A stretch of DNA of 64,000 nucleotides. It comes from Pecten maximus (taxonomy: Eukaryota). A program made the position numbers and the translations under genes. Location of the stretch: contig NC_047023.1 of NCBI RefSeq assembly GCF_902652985.1, forward strand, positions 21,204,001 through 21,268,000, written 5' to 3'. The notes below the pieces were generated by a model. That model was given only the letters and a program-made list of their open reading frames with translations, was not told where the DNA came from and did not search any database. This document shows, in pieces, positions 1-13,072 of the stretch. Position 1 is the first letter of the stretch; each line of letters opens with the position of its first letter.

Positions 1-76
1 AAGAAATATTAATGTTTTCATAAAAAGCCAAGGGAATATTTTTTTACACAACAGATACAATTTTCTGTTTAGTTAC

Positions 77-165
77 CAGAAGTAGTTTCCCACTTTCGTC
101 TTGTTCTTGTAAACTACAATGCCCATCGGTGTCAGGCCGAGGAAGTATTCTGTGTTTCCTTCTCC
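77..165 (-). CDS. EPB41L4A: EPB41L4A-like exon 8 (gene continues left of window)
   Basis: [30 protein letters not shown], closely resembling the EPB41L4A FERM-C start as recalled. Confidence 0.92.
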
Positions 166-543
166 CTGTAACAACATAACAACATGTAATTAGGTTTAGT
201 AGAAACTCCGACAGTTTAAGTATATATCAGCTAAAATGGTCGACAATATACACTCGTGACGAGCTATTTTACAACTTTTTTGCATAGGCTGGCTCTGTAG
301 GAGTCAAATTATGTCAATTAATGGTGTTTGTAGCTTTATCGATGTTTTAGGAATCAATTTGAATTTTAAGACTAAAGAAGAAGTGAAAAAACATGCATTT
401 TAAAATTTTCAAAATAAATTTATACAATTTTTCTTTATATTTAATCAAAAAAGGGTAAGGTCTCACTTTAAATATCATAATATGTTTTCATCATAACAGA
501 ATTATACAAACTACATATAGAAATCTAAATCCTCATTTCTCAC

Positions 544-631
544 CATTACAGGGTGAAGGTCTACACCATACATGTCCAGCCATTTCACCTTGTCCAAGAA
601 CTTGTGCTCAGCTTGGTAAGGACGAAGACCG
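544..631 (-). CDS. EPB41L4A: EPB41L4A-like exon 7
   Basis: GLRPYQAEHKFLDKVKWLDMYGVDLHPVM|gtgag; MYGVDLH FERM signature. Confidence 0.94.
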
Positions 632-1140
632 CTATATAAGATATACAAAAAGTATTTAATTAAAACAGCTTTTAATCTCAATAAGTCATTTTTAATCATA
701 ATGTGAAATTTTCAATTCACCATCAAGTTTTTAATACAGCACAAAATTACTGCCGTCGGTACTTTTCACTATCACCAGGCTAGACATTCTACACAATGAC
801 AATTTGTCATGTATCGTTATGCTATTGTACAGTGACAACATTGACTACAATGCCTTGTACCATTCAACCATCACTTCATACAACAAATTATATTCACAGC
901 CATTCCAATGTATTTTATTATGAAACCAAGAATTCTTTAATCTGATAGAGTTCATGTATATCTAGGGTGAAGGTCCACAGCAGCACTGCTTGTGAGGATG
1001 ACTGAAACGACTGCGGGATAGATTTATATAGTATGGTCAGAGATTGGGTGGAGACGGGAGTGTTGGAGACAAGGAAATAATGCCTGATGTTATGTTTGTG
1101 TGAGGCAAATAAAGTATTATCAGGTAATGAGGAGTCAAGG

Positions 1141-1419
1141 AGCAGGGAAATCGAAGGATAACTTACCTCAGTTATACCTATATAATATCCTCTACAATGT
1201 AAAGAGGGGCAGGGACGGATTACTTACCTCAGACATTGGTGTTATACCTATATAATATCCTCTACAGTGTAAAGAGGGGCAGGGAAGGATAACTTACCAC
1301 AGTTATACCTTTATAATATCCTCTACAGTGTAAAGAGGGGCAGGGAAGGATTACTTACCACAGTTATACCTTTATAATATCCTCTACAGTGTAAAGAGGA
1401 ACAGGGAAGGTTTACTAAC
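1141..1419 (-). repeat. ~61-bp tandem repeat derived from the EPB41L4A exon 6 end plus donor
   Basis: Four units TAGAGGATATTATA...G|GTAAGT...cttccctgcccctctttacactg, homologous to exon end TAGAGGACACTATA...TG|GTTAGT. Confidence 0.8.
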
Positions 1420-1537
1420 CAAAGGCGTTTGTGTAATGCTGATATAGTGTCCTCTAGCTCCTCTGTTTGGTTGGGTACAAATCGAAACTCAGAAACATAA
1501 CCTTGTGCCAGTCGTTGGTCACAATCTCCCAGCTCAG
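1420..1537 (-). CDS. EPB41L4A: EPB41L4A-like exon 6
   Basis: SELGDCDQRLAQGYVSEFRFVPNQTEELEDTISALHKRL|gttagt. Confidence 0.92.
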
Positions 1538-1980
1538 CTACAAGAACACATTACATGAACATTTATTTCTGTTGTGAAAGATATATTCTGCTTAAACTAA
1601 GATAATTTCCTGATATGAAAATAAGGTTGAATTGTGTAAACATGCAGTATATGTGAAATTATGTCAACTACAGCAAAGTCATGTTAACACCAAGCAGTGA
1701 TGTCCTAGAACAGTACTAAGCATTCTTATCATCACAAAGAACATATGATCTGCATATCATGCATGGCCTGTCCTTCAGCTACGTCACATTTTCTACTAAT
1801 ATCATGATCAGTCTAACATATGCTGTGTACAGGGCCTATCCCAAAGCATGACACTTATTAAACCCATACAATTATATATGCTGGGTACAGGGCCTATCCC
1901 AAAGCATGACACTTATCAAACCCATACAATTATATATGCTGGGTACAGGGCCTGTCCCTCAGCAGTTTGTGTTCACTCAC

Positions 1981-2078
1981 ATTGAACGGCATAAGCGAAG
2001 AGTTCAGCAGCTTCTTCAAAGGTCACTGGGAGGCGACCTTGAACAATGTCACGTTTCACCTGCAGGTAAAACTGGTAC
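1981..2078 (-). CDS. EPB41L4A: EPB41L4A-like exon 5
   Basis: YQFYLQVKRDIVQGRLPVTFEEAAELFAYAVQ|gtgagt; FERM-M. Confidence 0.93.
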
Positions 2079-2979
2079 CTGTCCAAACAATAACAAGTCT
2101 TACCTGAGTATCAGAGAAGCTGGCATGACAGAAATAGCAGCAATACAAGCTGATAATCATAGTATAATGGAAAATTATATATAATCCATGCCTTTATAGT
2201 AAAGCAAAATTATATATAATCCATGCCTTTATAGTAAAGCAAAATTATATATATGTACCATAGTAATCCCTGTCTGTCCTCAGATTTAAACTTTTTTTTT
2301 TAAATAGGCATTTTTCACAATATGACATCTAGTAAGCACAGATTTGGAACAGTACACTAGATATTATGAGAAACACTTTATTTCAGAAAAGGATTGAAGG
2401 TATATATAAGATTTGATATATCCTTAGGGAAACAATGTTCTATTAATAGATGAGTAAAATATTGATCACTTATAATGTGAGACATGCATTATGTGTGCAT
2501 TGTGCTTTTTTATACATCAAAATGTTATGGCTGTAATTCTAAAGTCAGTAGTATGTAGCTTAGGTTACATGCAGAGATCTCTATACATACATCAATTCTG
2601 ATACATTTTGTAATACTTTTCTGTATATATCTTGGAAGTAACTTTAGTATTATGTACATGTATCACATGTACTTCAAGTATACAATGATGGCTGTTTCAA
2701 AGGCAAAAATGCACGGACAGCAATTACCAGAAAATTTTATTTATACATTTATACGTAATTACAGTTACCCAGGATTTATTATCTCCCTTTTATTAATTCT
2801 AGCTGTGTATGCATGTTTCTTTTCAATTTTTACAGTGCCTTTTTTATCAATGTATTCTTATATAACATGTATCAAAAGTTAATTAAACTAATGCAAAGTA
2901 TTATTTATAATAGAGTTTAAAGGCCTCATAATGAGGAATGTTAACTATTATGAAAAGGAGAGAGATTATGTAGTAAGGT

Positions 2980-3295
2980 AGCATATGCCCTTAACATTAC
3001 CACAGTAATGTAGTGGATGTATACACCATTTATTATATAACTTACCACAGTAAAGAAAGAATATGCTCTTAACTTATCACAGTAAGGGGTAGCATACACC
3101 CTTAACTCTACACAGCAAAATAGCATATACACCATTAACTTATACACTCTTAACTTATAACAGTAAGGTAATATATATACATCCTTAACTTAAAACAGTA
3201 AGGTAGCATACACCTTTAACTTGTCACAGTAAGGTAGCATACACCCTTAAGTTATTGCAGCAAGGCAGTATACACCCTTAACTTATCACATTAAG
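2980..3295. repeat. Degenerate ~31-bp minisatellite
   Basis: acagtaaggtagcatacacccttaacttatc units. Confidence 0.75.
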
Positions 3296-3389
3296 ACAAT
3301 ATTACACCAACAACATTTTTTAACATTGTACATACACATCTCTGCTGTATTTTTTATCTGTTACGCTCATTTTAATGGCAGTTCCTAAC

Positions 3390-3471
3390 CTTGTGATTTC
3401 TTCTTTGAGCTTACAGGGATCCACCGGATAGAACTTGACACCGAAGTACAAAAGGTAGGGTATTGAACAGC
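3390..3471 (-). CDS. EPB41L4A: EPB41L4A-like exon 4
   Basis: GCSIPYLLYFGVKFYPVDPCKLKEEITR; AG/GT flanks. Confidence 0.93.
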
Positions 3472-4501
3472 CTGTAAATACCAAGGTATGACATATTACA
3501 TACAACATCGTCCCCTAAATAATTAAATTTAAAACAGTGTGCGATGTACAGACTGTCTTCTAAATTAAACCCCGTCTTGTACACATCAACATTTATTGAT
3601 AATCATGAACTTGTTTATAAGATCCCTTTGACACATGATTTCATACCCACTGAAAGATTCACAAAGATAGAATGACTAGACATGTGAAAAACAGGTTGTT
3701 GAGAAAACATTCGATCACTTCTACAGAAATGTCTGTTCCAAAACACGTTGACAGATATCAGCATGTCGATCAAACAACAATTAGTGAAGCATAAGGACGG
3801 ATAATTTAACTTTAATTACATCAATGAGCTACAGGTATATAGGGTGTCAAGGAACAACTAACTACAATATACACTGTACATCACTTTCATCTTTGTGAAG
3901 ATATTTGTTGCACATTTATTGCTTTCACAAATGTTCCCATCATTTTCCCCATCAATGCATGTTCCATGTACATGTCTGATTCATAATAAATACAGGTTAT
4001 GTGTCATCTTTGCTAAAGATTTTGTATGCAGGTCTATAAGCATGGATTCGTGTAATAGCTTGTGTTCACACATAGGTTCTCAGGTACTCGGCCTGTCCTA
4101 GTTCCCATGTATAAGTCCTACCCCAGACCTGTAGCTGTAGGATAGGAATAGCCATGCTTTGTATAGACAACATTTAGAACACCTATATAGGTGTTGTATA
4201 GAACATCACCCAATCAATGACGTTATCATATTGTAATAGGTTGTGTTGCACTCCATCTAGCTATTGTTGAGCAGTATAGTGGTGTTTACTAATTAAAGCG
4301 ACAGAGTCAATCAGGTACACTAGATGTAAATAAAGGTAAGATTTATTATCTCGCAGTAAAAACAGGAACTTAGCTGTGAAGTCAGTGGGGAATTCTCTTA
4401 CCCTGGACAGGTGTATTGAGATTTCCTGCTTTCCACCTATAGGGTTGAGAAGGGTAGGGTTTGCTAGCCATAACAGTTGTATGACATGATGTCAACATCA
4501 G

Positions 4502-4719
4502 GTTTGTTTTTGTTTAACGTCCTATAAACAGCCAGGGTCATTTAAGGACGTGCCAGGTTTTGGAGGTGGAGGAAAGCCGGAGTACCCGGAGAAAAACCAC
4601 CGGCCTACGGTCAGTACCTGGCAACTGCCCCACGTAGGTTTCGAACTCGCAACCCAGTGGTGGAAGGCTAGTGTTAAAGTGTCCGTACACCTTAACCACT
4701 CGGCCACCGCAACCCCTAC
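4502..4719 (-). mobile_element. tRNA-derived V-domain SINE
   Basis: A box TGGCCGAGTGG, B box GTTCGAAAC, V-like core GGTTTTTCTCCGGGTACTCCGGCTTTCCTCC, AAAC tail; 10-bp TSD TCAACATCAG (4492-4501, 4720-4729). Confidence 0.88.
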
Positions 4720-4977
4720 TCAACATCAGAACAATGACATCACATCAATGCAACATAACATATACATACCTGATTACAATACATTAAAGAGCCAAACAGA
4801 TAAGACAAGAATTATTCACCAATCTAGGGACAAGATGGCCAGTAAGATCATTGCTCTGGATCTCAATCCAAGTTGGAAGATTGATTATTGAGATAAAAAA
4901 TACAAGCTTCAGACTTGATATCACTGGTGCCAAAATACCTGGTACTTATCTTAAGGTCTTATTTTCAAAAAGGTTGT

Positions 4978-5255
4978 AGGCCTTTGACCCATCACTGGGT
5001 AAACTCTTTTAAATTTGGGACTACTTTATGGATGGTAACCATGGTAACTACATAGTCCTAAGGCCTTTGACCCATCTCTGAGTAAACTCCTTTAGGACTT
5101 CTAAATTACATAGCCTAAAGCCTTTGACCCATTTCTGGGTAAACTCCTTTAGGACTACTTTAATTTATGTGTGGTAACCATGGTAACTTCATAGTCCTAA
5201 GGCTTTTGATCCATCTCTGAGTAAGCTCGTTTGGGACTACTTTATGTACCGTGGT
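4978..5255. repeat. Degenerate tandem repeat (4 units)
   Basis: ggcctttgacccatctctgggtaaactcctttaggactac repeated. Confidence 0.7.
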
Positions 5256-5342
5256 AAATTTGCTTTGCCAATATATGTAGACCATCACTATATATGGGAA
5301 CAACGCCTATGTATATTGGCTGACTCTGATATACTGACTTAC

Positions 5343-5385
5343 CTTTAAGTTGTGATGACAGACCTTTCTGGTTATCTAGCCAATG
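5343..5385 (-). CDS. EPB41L4A: EPB41L4A-like exon 3
   Basis: tttcag|HWLDNQKGLSSQLK+G|gtaagt; WLD motif; phases fit neighbouring exons. Confidence 0.9.
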
Positions 5386-7369
5386 CTGAAACAGAAAACC
5401 AACTCATGCATTAATCATGACCGCACATAACGGAGCAAAAACATGCTTAAATACAATGGTGTTATGAAGGGCAGCATGACCTTGAAATAAATTTACTGGC
5501 CCATTTTTAATCTATGGTTTTAGTTGCAACCACAGGTCATCAAAACCTTCAAAAGAAAACTAGAAATAGGATAAGATTTATTTTCTTTGCTCTATCAATA
5601 ACAACGTATATGGTGAAAGTTATTGATAGAGTCTTCAAACTTGAAAAATGATTGTTATAATTGAATACATGTGTACATACAAATCTGTCTCTGTAGGCAC
5701 TCTGGTATATACTCTTACAACATAGGAATGTCTTACTGAGTAGGCCTGTACACTTTTTTAACCTGAAGACACAGGTATACCTGCCTATTACCTCAAGTAG
5801 GTATCACTTAGACATACCTGGTGTATATTTAGATTCACCTTCTTTGGAAGATTTTTTTCTCAGGTTAAATAGTTATATAGTGATGACTCCCATTAGTGTA
5901 CATATACCGGTATGTATATATATATATATAGTTATCGTTATGCACAACCTCAATTGCTATTCATATATGGGTAAACATATGGATTTTATACTTAATTTTA
6001 TAGTAACAACCTCAATTCCTACTTTACATCTTTATACACAACATTTATACTTTATTTTTCTCAAAAATACTGGTACAAACTGTACATATATTATAAACCA
6101 AATTTTAGTAATAATTTTTCATGTATTATATATAGCTAGGAATAACAGTGTGGAATTACCTTCAATAAAATACTTCAATATTTACTTTCAAATTTTCTTT
6201 AAATTCAACTTGTCTTTGCTTGATTTATGACAAGATTTAATTTTTTGGGAATTAAAATGCCACCTATTACAGGTTTAGCTTACATGTAATAGGTAACTAA
6301 TTTAATTACACTTGTCTACAGTGAAAAGGCGGATTCAAAGATCCAAACACCTCTGACATACATGTGTGCGTGTCCTTTCTCAACCTGTCTTGTCCTCAAG
6401 TTAAACGCATACATAGGTACAGGAATTTGTGATTAGGTGATATAAGTATATCCTGTCATTCATCAGAAATCAATAAACCTATATTGTGTGATAACACCCA
6501 GCCATACATATCGGGTTCTGGCTGGTGACCTGCTATGTCAACACTTAAAATTCCATTTTCATCTTGTCTACAATCACGTTGATTACATTTTGAATCCATC
6601 AAAAAATCTCCTTAAATTGTGTAATAATTCTTTTACCTGCTTTTGTACACATTATACACTTGGAGCATAAATTACCATTTTAATGTGATTTTTTACCCCA
6701 TTTAAATACCTTAACCCAGTAACTGTTCATCGACATACACATGCATGCTATGTATTATATAACAGGTATAATCCAGACAGTATATACAGTTAGATATACC
6801 GCTTGGCTACCTGGTCTGTGATTTATGAAAATCCCTTACCAAAATGGTTGGGAGTGGGTTCATGAGGCAATTCTGAATTCTGGAAACAAATATTCCACTG
6901 GAGAATATAATTTTTTATCTGCCCTCGGAATTCGTTTAAAATTAACAAGAATCACGAAACCCAAGGAAATCACTGCTACCCAACAGCTTCAATATCAGAT
7001 TTCTTTGTCGTTTGGCATGTAAAATATTTAAGGATTGAAGCATCCATACAAACTTGTTCTATGACAAATGTAGTACCATGAAAAACCTGCAGAAATGTTC
7101 TTTGTCCTTGCAACATAGGCATAAAATCTCATGTAACTTATGCACCCTCAAATCACATTGAAACATCATAAAAACGGCCTCTTTTCCAATTTAATGTACA
7201 CACCAAAAAATGAGTAAAATCTCATGAAGTTTGTGCTGAAATTTGATAGTGTGGACAGACACATAAATTGTATTATATGCATATAACTGTTTCTATAGAA
7301 ACTCACTGGCCATGGTTGCACATTGTATCTACAACTGCATATCAGTGTATGTACTGTTATAAATGTTCC

Positions 7370-8720
7370 ACTGTCAAAAAGTTGTATCCCCACTATATAA
7401 CTGCCAAAAAGTTTATACCCACTATACAACTGTTAAAAGTTTTATCTCCACTATACAACTGTCAAAAGTTTTATCTCCACTATACAACTGTCAAAAGGTT
7501 TATCTCACTATACAACTGTCAAAAGGTTTTATCCCCACTATACAACTGTCAAAAGTTGTATCCCAACTATACAACTGTCAAAAGGTTTATCCCCACTGTA
7601 CAACTGTCAAAAGGTTTATCCCCACTATACAACTGTCAAAAGGTTTATCCCAACTATATAACTGTAAAAAGGTTTATCCCCACTGTACAACTGTCAAAAG
7701 GTTTATCCCAACTATATAACTGTCAAAAGGTTTATCCCCACTGTACAACTGTCAAAAGGTTTATCCCAACTATATAACTGTCAAAAGGTTTATCCCCACT
7801 ATACAACTGTCAAAAGGTTTATCCCCACTGTACAACTGTCAAAAGTTTTATCCCCACTATACAACTGTCAAAAGTTTTATCCCCACTGTACAACTGTCAA
7901 AAGGTTTATCCCAACTATATAACTGTCAAAAGGTTTATCCCCACTGTACAACTGTCAAAAGGTTTATCCCAACTGTATAACTGTCAAAAGGTTTATCCCC
8001 ACTGTACAACTGTCAAAAGGTTTATCCCAACTATATAACTGTCAAAAGGTTTATCCCCACTGTACAACTGTCAAAAGGTTTATCCCAACTATATAACTGT
8101 CAAAAGGTTTATCCTCACTGTACAACTGTTAAAAGTTTTATCCCCACTATACAACTGTCAAAAGTTTTATCCCCACTATACAACTGTCAAAAGTTTTATC
8201 CCCACTATATAACTGTCAAAAGTTTTATCCTCACTGTACAACTGTCAAAAGTTTTATCCTCACTGTACAACTGTCAAAAGGTTTATCCCCACTATACAAC
8301 TGTCAAAAAGTTTATCCCCACTATACAACTGTCAAAAGTTTTATCCCCACTGTACAACTGTCAAAAGGTTTATCCCCACTGCACAACTGTCAAAAGGTTT
8401 ATCCCCACTATACAACTGTCAAAAGTTTATCCCCACTATACAACTGTCAAAAAGTTTATCCCCACTATACAACTGTCAAAAGTTTTATCCCCACTGTACA
8501 ACTGTCAAAAGGTTTATCCCCACTGCACAACTGTCAAAAGGTTTATCCCCACTATACAACTGTCAAAAAGTTTATCCCCACTATACAACTGTCAAAAGTT
8601 TTATCCCCACTGTACAACTGTCAAAAGGTTTATCCCCACTGTACAACTGTCAAAAGGTTTATCCTCACTGTACAACTGTTAAAAGTTTTATCCCCACTGT
8701 TCTACTGTCAAAAAGTTTTA
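7370..8720. repeat. 29-bp minisatellite, ~46 copies
   Basis: tatacaactgtcaaaaggtttatccccac; longer derived units to ~8940. Confidence 0.95.
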
Positions 8721-10818
8721 TACAGACTGTTAAATACACATGTACGACATAAGAATATATACAACTGTCAAAATCAAAAAGTTTTATCCTGGCTGTTAAA
8801 TTATGACATCAGAATATATACAAGTTGTCAACTGTGAAAATCAAAAAGTTTTATCTTGGCTGTTAAATACGACATCAGAATATATACAAGTTGTCAACTG
8901 TCAAAATCGAAAAGTTTTATGATCCGACTGTTAAATCAGACATACAAAATATATGTAGAACTGTTTCTGCAAGAACTCCTCTTTCAGTACCAAGCTTTAT
9001 CCAATTAAAATCTGTATGTACAACTGTTTATATGTTTTAGATACATATTAAGCCACTTTTGCTGTTGGTTTTAACATAACACATCCCAAAGCTGGCATGA
9101 ACAACAATCTTAAAGGTACACAAGTTATAGAGTTATTCTAATAAATATATCATATTGCTCTGTTACGCCAGACATTTAAATCTTGCTATCTAGATGTTTA
9201 AGCTTTAAGGAGGACTACCTGGTGATTAATAGCATTTTAAATCTTTTTCCATAATACCTGAAATACTAGCTACCCTGCATCTCATTACAGCCTGGAGTCG
9301 TTTAACAGCTTTATAACACAAACCCAGCCAAGACGTGAGGACATGTCTGTTCCGATAACTGTACTTAACATCTCTCATTGTTAACTCTACACAATGCCAA
9401 ATCAGGATATATTGTGATCTATTTATGTTTTTATTCATTTCCAGAAAAAACACTGCGTGCTTAATGGTGCCTGATCATGAATAATCTGCCTTATATCATT
9501 ACGAATGTTTGGGTTTTTTTTCATCCAGCAAATATAATTCATATAAATTATTTTGTGCCTATCAATGGAAAGCTTATTGTGAAGTATTTTCTTTCTTCCA
9601 CTTTTATTTATTTTTCAGAAAAAAATCTTAAGAGAAAAAATATGACAACTGGTAATTGATGTAAATTTGTATAACAGGAGGCCATTGTGTATGTTAATGA
9701 TTTAGGTGCTATGCGCATATCGGTGACCAGATGCGGTCTACCTAAACGTCAGCTATCTATTTTCACATAATGAAGCTCTACAGCTTGATATATAGGAGGA
9801 CAGGTCACCTGGCAGAGTAAGGTCACACTATTCTCTCTAACTCACTAATGCATTGTACCCTATATAGCACCTTTACCAAACATAAGGGGTATGGTTTTCA
9901 ACAATGAGACAGAAATGGGTTTATGGTAATACCCCTAATCTCACCTTTCCCTGTACACAGTATCATAGAAAGCATGCCCACTGTTTACCCTCACTGTTTG
10001 TACAACAGGTGCTCTTATGCCTAAAGTGTTGAAAACCTTGGATTTATTTCAATTATACATTCTCGGTTTGTGATTCTAAATCTCCTTCAGATATAAATAA
10101 AGTGCCGACAAACATTTGATCCATCACCTTGTCGTCACACTGTCTTTATATACCCGACTTTGTGGGCCAAATGTCCTCGACTATGTCATTGAAACGGAGG
10201 TAAATTTTACCTACCAAAGTCTAACCCCCCCCCCCCACCTAGTGAAGCAATGTGGACAATGATACTTTAGATAATCTAGCATGGAGGTACTCTCAATATT
10301 TTGAAGGACTATACAAACAAAACGATGTGTTTCAGATTTATACAAAGTTAAACTAGTTGTAATTTTTTAAATATTTGTTCAGTAAGTATCAATGAGTACA
10401 AGATTGTATTGTGATAGCATTACAGAGTAATAGATATTATACAATTCTATTTCACTCCAGGCTTAATCTCGTTCCACAGGAGTATATAGACCTCCACTAA
10501 AGTAATTTCATGTAAGAATACATCACAAGTATGTTATGAATTGAATTTTCAATTCCACAACTACAAACCAGGTGTGTAGAAATGACTAGGTGTGATGTAA
10601 ATATACCTACAGTCCAATTATAGATACCTGAGGCAAGACGCACATTTACTGAACAATGCATTACTCAATAAAGCAATATTTGGAAAAAAACTGGTCCGAT
10701 CGATGTCAAAGCAATGTACCTAGATCTCTAGCGAAAGGAAACTTCATTTTTCATTTGGAAACACACTCACTAATATATCAGAATTTTCCCTACATTACCA
10801 ATTACCCCGGTAATGTTT

Positions 10819-10876
10819 ATATGTGACGTTTCGATGACTTGTACAGTATGTACAATGTCACCTTCATCAGACAAAT
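10819..10876 (-). ncRNA. Minimal type I hammerhead ribozyme motif (Penelope-like)
   Basis: - strand ATTTGT CTGATGA A GGTGAC A TTGTACA TAC TGTACAA GTCATC GAAA CGTC ACATAT: intact core, 13-bp stem II, palindromic ACGT stem III. Confidence 0.7.
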
Positions 10877-11174
10877 GACCATGTGCACGTTGTCTTCAAA
10901 AAATCAAAACGATGAAGGTTACAGTGTACATATATACTGTACTAGTCAATGAAATGTCACTTATAATCATTCATCGGTTACAACAGTATAACAAAATTCC
11001 TTACATAAACCATACTGTCCAACCCGAAGAAAATGTTCACAAACAATCACTAAGAGCTCTGTTTCACATTAATATAAAATTTATGTTTCAGATAGTACTA
11101 CAGTGAAATACCAATTTAGGCTGATCATGATTTGATAGATTTAAAAAAAAAATCCTTCCTAATAATACTAAGTA

Positions 11175-12078
11175 CAGTGGAACTTCGTTAACTCGAACTC
11201 GACGGGACCACGAGAAAACTTCGAGTTATCCTAGTGTTCGAATTAAGCGAGTTGTCATTTTTGGTGCAAAGTTTGGTCAATATTTGTCAACATTATATAA
11301 TCATTATAACTCCGCTCTGTCGCTCATCAGTTCAGTGTAAAGACTGGTCAATACATGTAACGGTAAATGTATATGTAATATTTCGTTCTGTCACTCGTAG
11401 TTTGGTGTAGTTTTGCCGATATACAGTCTCGATAAAGTTTCTTTCACTTAGTCACTTCAATAACGATCTGATGTTCATGTCATGTTTGCAAAAGGAATAA
11501 CGATAAAATGGAATTCAACGGAATAACAATTTATTAATGTTATATCAAATAACCTTTTAGAGATCTAAATTTAACACAGATTATATGTAAAACGTAACAG
11601 AACCATTACCTTTATATATTGGACATATAAAATACTGTTTGATAGTCCAACTTATGTTTTATCAACAACCACGCCATTTTCATATGTATTAGCACAGGAA
11701 GTTGGTACTGCGCATGTGTGTATAAAATGTTACTGTTACTGAGTTGGCGATTTATCCGATTTAATAGACAGCACTGACCGTTACAGTCGTTCTCTGTACA
11801 CCTCGGCAGTAATTACGCTATTGTTTCTGCAGTTTACTGATCGTTGTTGGACACAAACATGATACTTCTTTAGTTATTCGATCATTTTAAGTAGGATTTT
11901 TATTGTTGGGACCAAATTTTCACTTCGTATTATCCGAGTTTTTTGAGTTTTCCGAATTCGAGTTTTCCGATTTTTTTTTTTACTAGGATAAAGAGAGAAT
12001 TCGGCCGGGACTGATGAAGTACTTGGAGTTAAGCGGGGTATTCGAGTTTTCTGAGTTCGAGTTAACGAAGTTCCACTG
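11175..12078. mobile_element. Tc1/mariner-pogo-type MITE
   Basis: 26-bp TIR CAGTGGAACTTCGTTAACTCGAACTC; TA on the left flank (right flank AA). Confidence 0.85.
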
Positions 12079-12183
12079 AATTATAAGTGAGAGTCAAAGA
12101 GATGTGTAGAAAAAATGCCTAAATCGCAATTAAACCCTAATCTGATTTATCAAAAAATTAAATGTTTCAACAAGAGAACTTAC

Positions 12184-12288
12184 AGTTTGATCTGAAGAGT
12201 CGAGATATCTCAAGCCGAAGTAGTCTTTCTCAGCCAAGTTTAGGTGTTGGTATACTTCCTCCAATAGAATTGATCCCTTCGAACTTCC
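12184..12288 (-). CDS. EPB41L4A: EPB41L4A-like exon 2
   Basis: AG|GSSKGSILLEEVYQHLNLAEKDYFGLRYLDSSDQT|GTAAGT; 105 nt, phase 0-0; FERM-N EKDYFGL motif. Confidence 0.93.
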
Positions 12289-12512
12289 CTGTAACATGCA
12301 ATGTTTACATCAGTCCCTGTATATAAAAGTCACCTGGATATAAAAACGACCTCTACATTTCATATATATACTATTATAGACTACCAATAAACTACTATCC
12401 AAAAGAATACACGGGAGGTGGGAGATCCAACATCCATGTTAAAAGTTCGGTATGGTTCTGTTACCCAGCCGACGGATTCCACGAGGAATACAAGAGTCCG
12501 GTCGTAATGTTG

Positions 12513-12623
12513 AGTAGTCAAAGGATAAAGATGACCATAACAACATCGTGCTGGGTGGATCAGGTGGATCAGCTGATCCACCCAGCACGACGTTGTTATG
12601 GTCATCTTTATCCTTTGACTACT
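12513..12623. repeat. 51-bp-arm near-perfect inverted repeat
   Basis: 12513-12563 vs 12573-12623, one mismatch, 9-nt loop. Confidence 0.9.
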
Positions 12624-12942
12624 ATATCCAAAAGGTATATTTTATAGAATACCTGTCTATAAAGACCAAATCAATCAATAGTTTGCTCTCTTCTTTGCCT
12701 GACCATATATGACAGGTATATATGATACAAGCTAAGGTCCCATGCATTCTTCCATCAATCTACACAGGCAAAAGAGACTTGAGCAATTGGCATTATCCGA
12801 ATAATTAGATATCACTTGTTTCGATGGCAAAAACTTCTTCATCAATATCACTACTAAAAAAAAATAATGAAATAAAAAGGTGACCAATATACACATACAT
12901 GTTTTGTAGATTAAACATACAGTACAATATGTATACCAGTTA

Positions 12943-13072
12943 ACAGGGCCTATACAGAACTAAACAGGGCCTATACAGGACTACACACGACCTATACAGG
13001 ACTACACAAGGCCTATACAGGACTACACACTGCCTATACAGGTATACACACGACCTATACAGGACTACACAA
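12943..13072. repeat. 21-bp minisatellite, left part (split by CACTG element)
   Basis: aggactacacacggcctatac units. Confidence 0.9.

Noticed and set aside
2980-3295. 31-bp repeat as another donor stutter
   Set aside because: GTAAGG is antisense to the host gene and the unit has no homology to the adjacent exon
4522-4891. ORFs at 4522-4891 and 42981-43226
   Set aside because: Chance translations of SINE copies
7268-7777. ORFs over the 29-bp repeat (likewise 19237-19678 and 31963-32490)
   Set aside because: Translations of minisatellites, open in several frames or strands, with no splice or domain support
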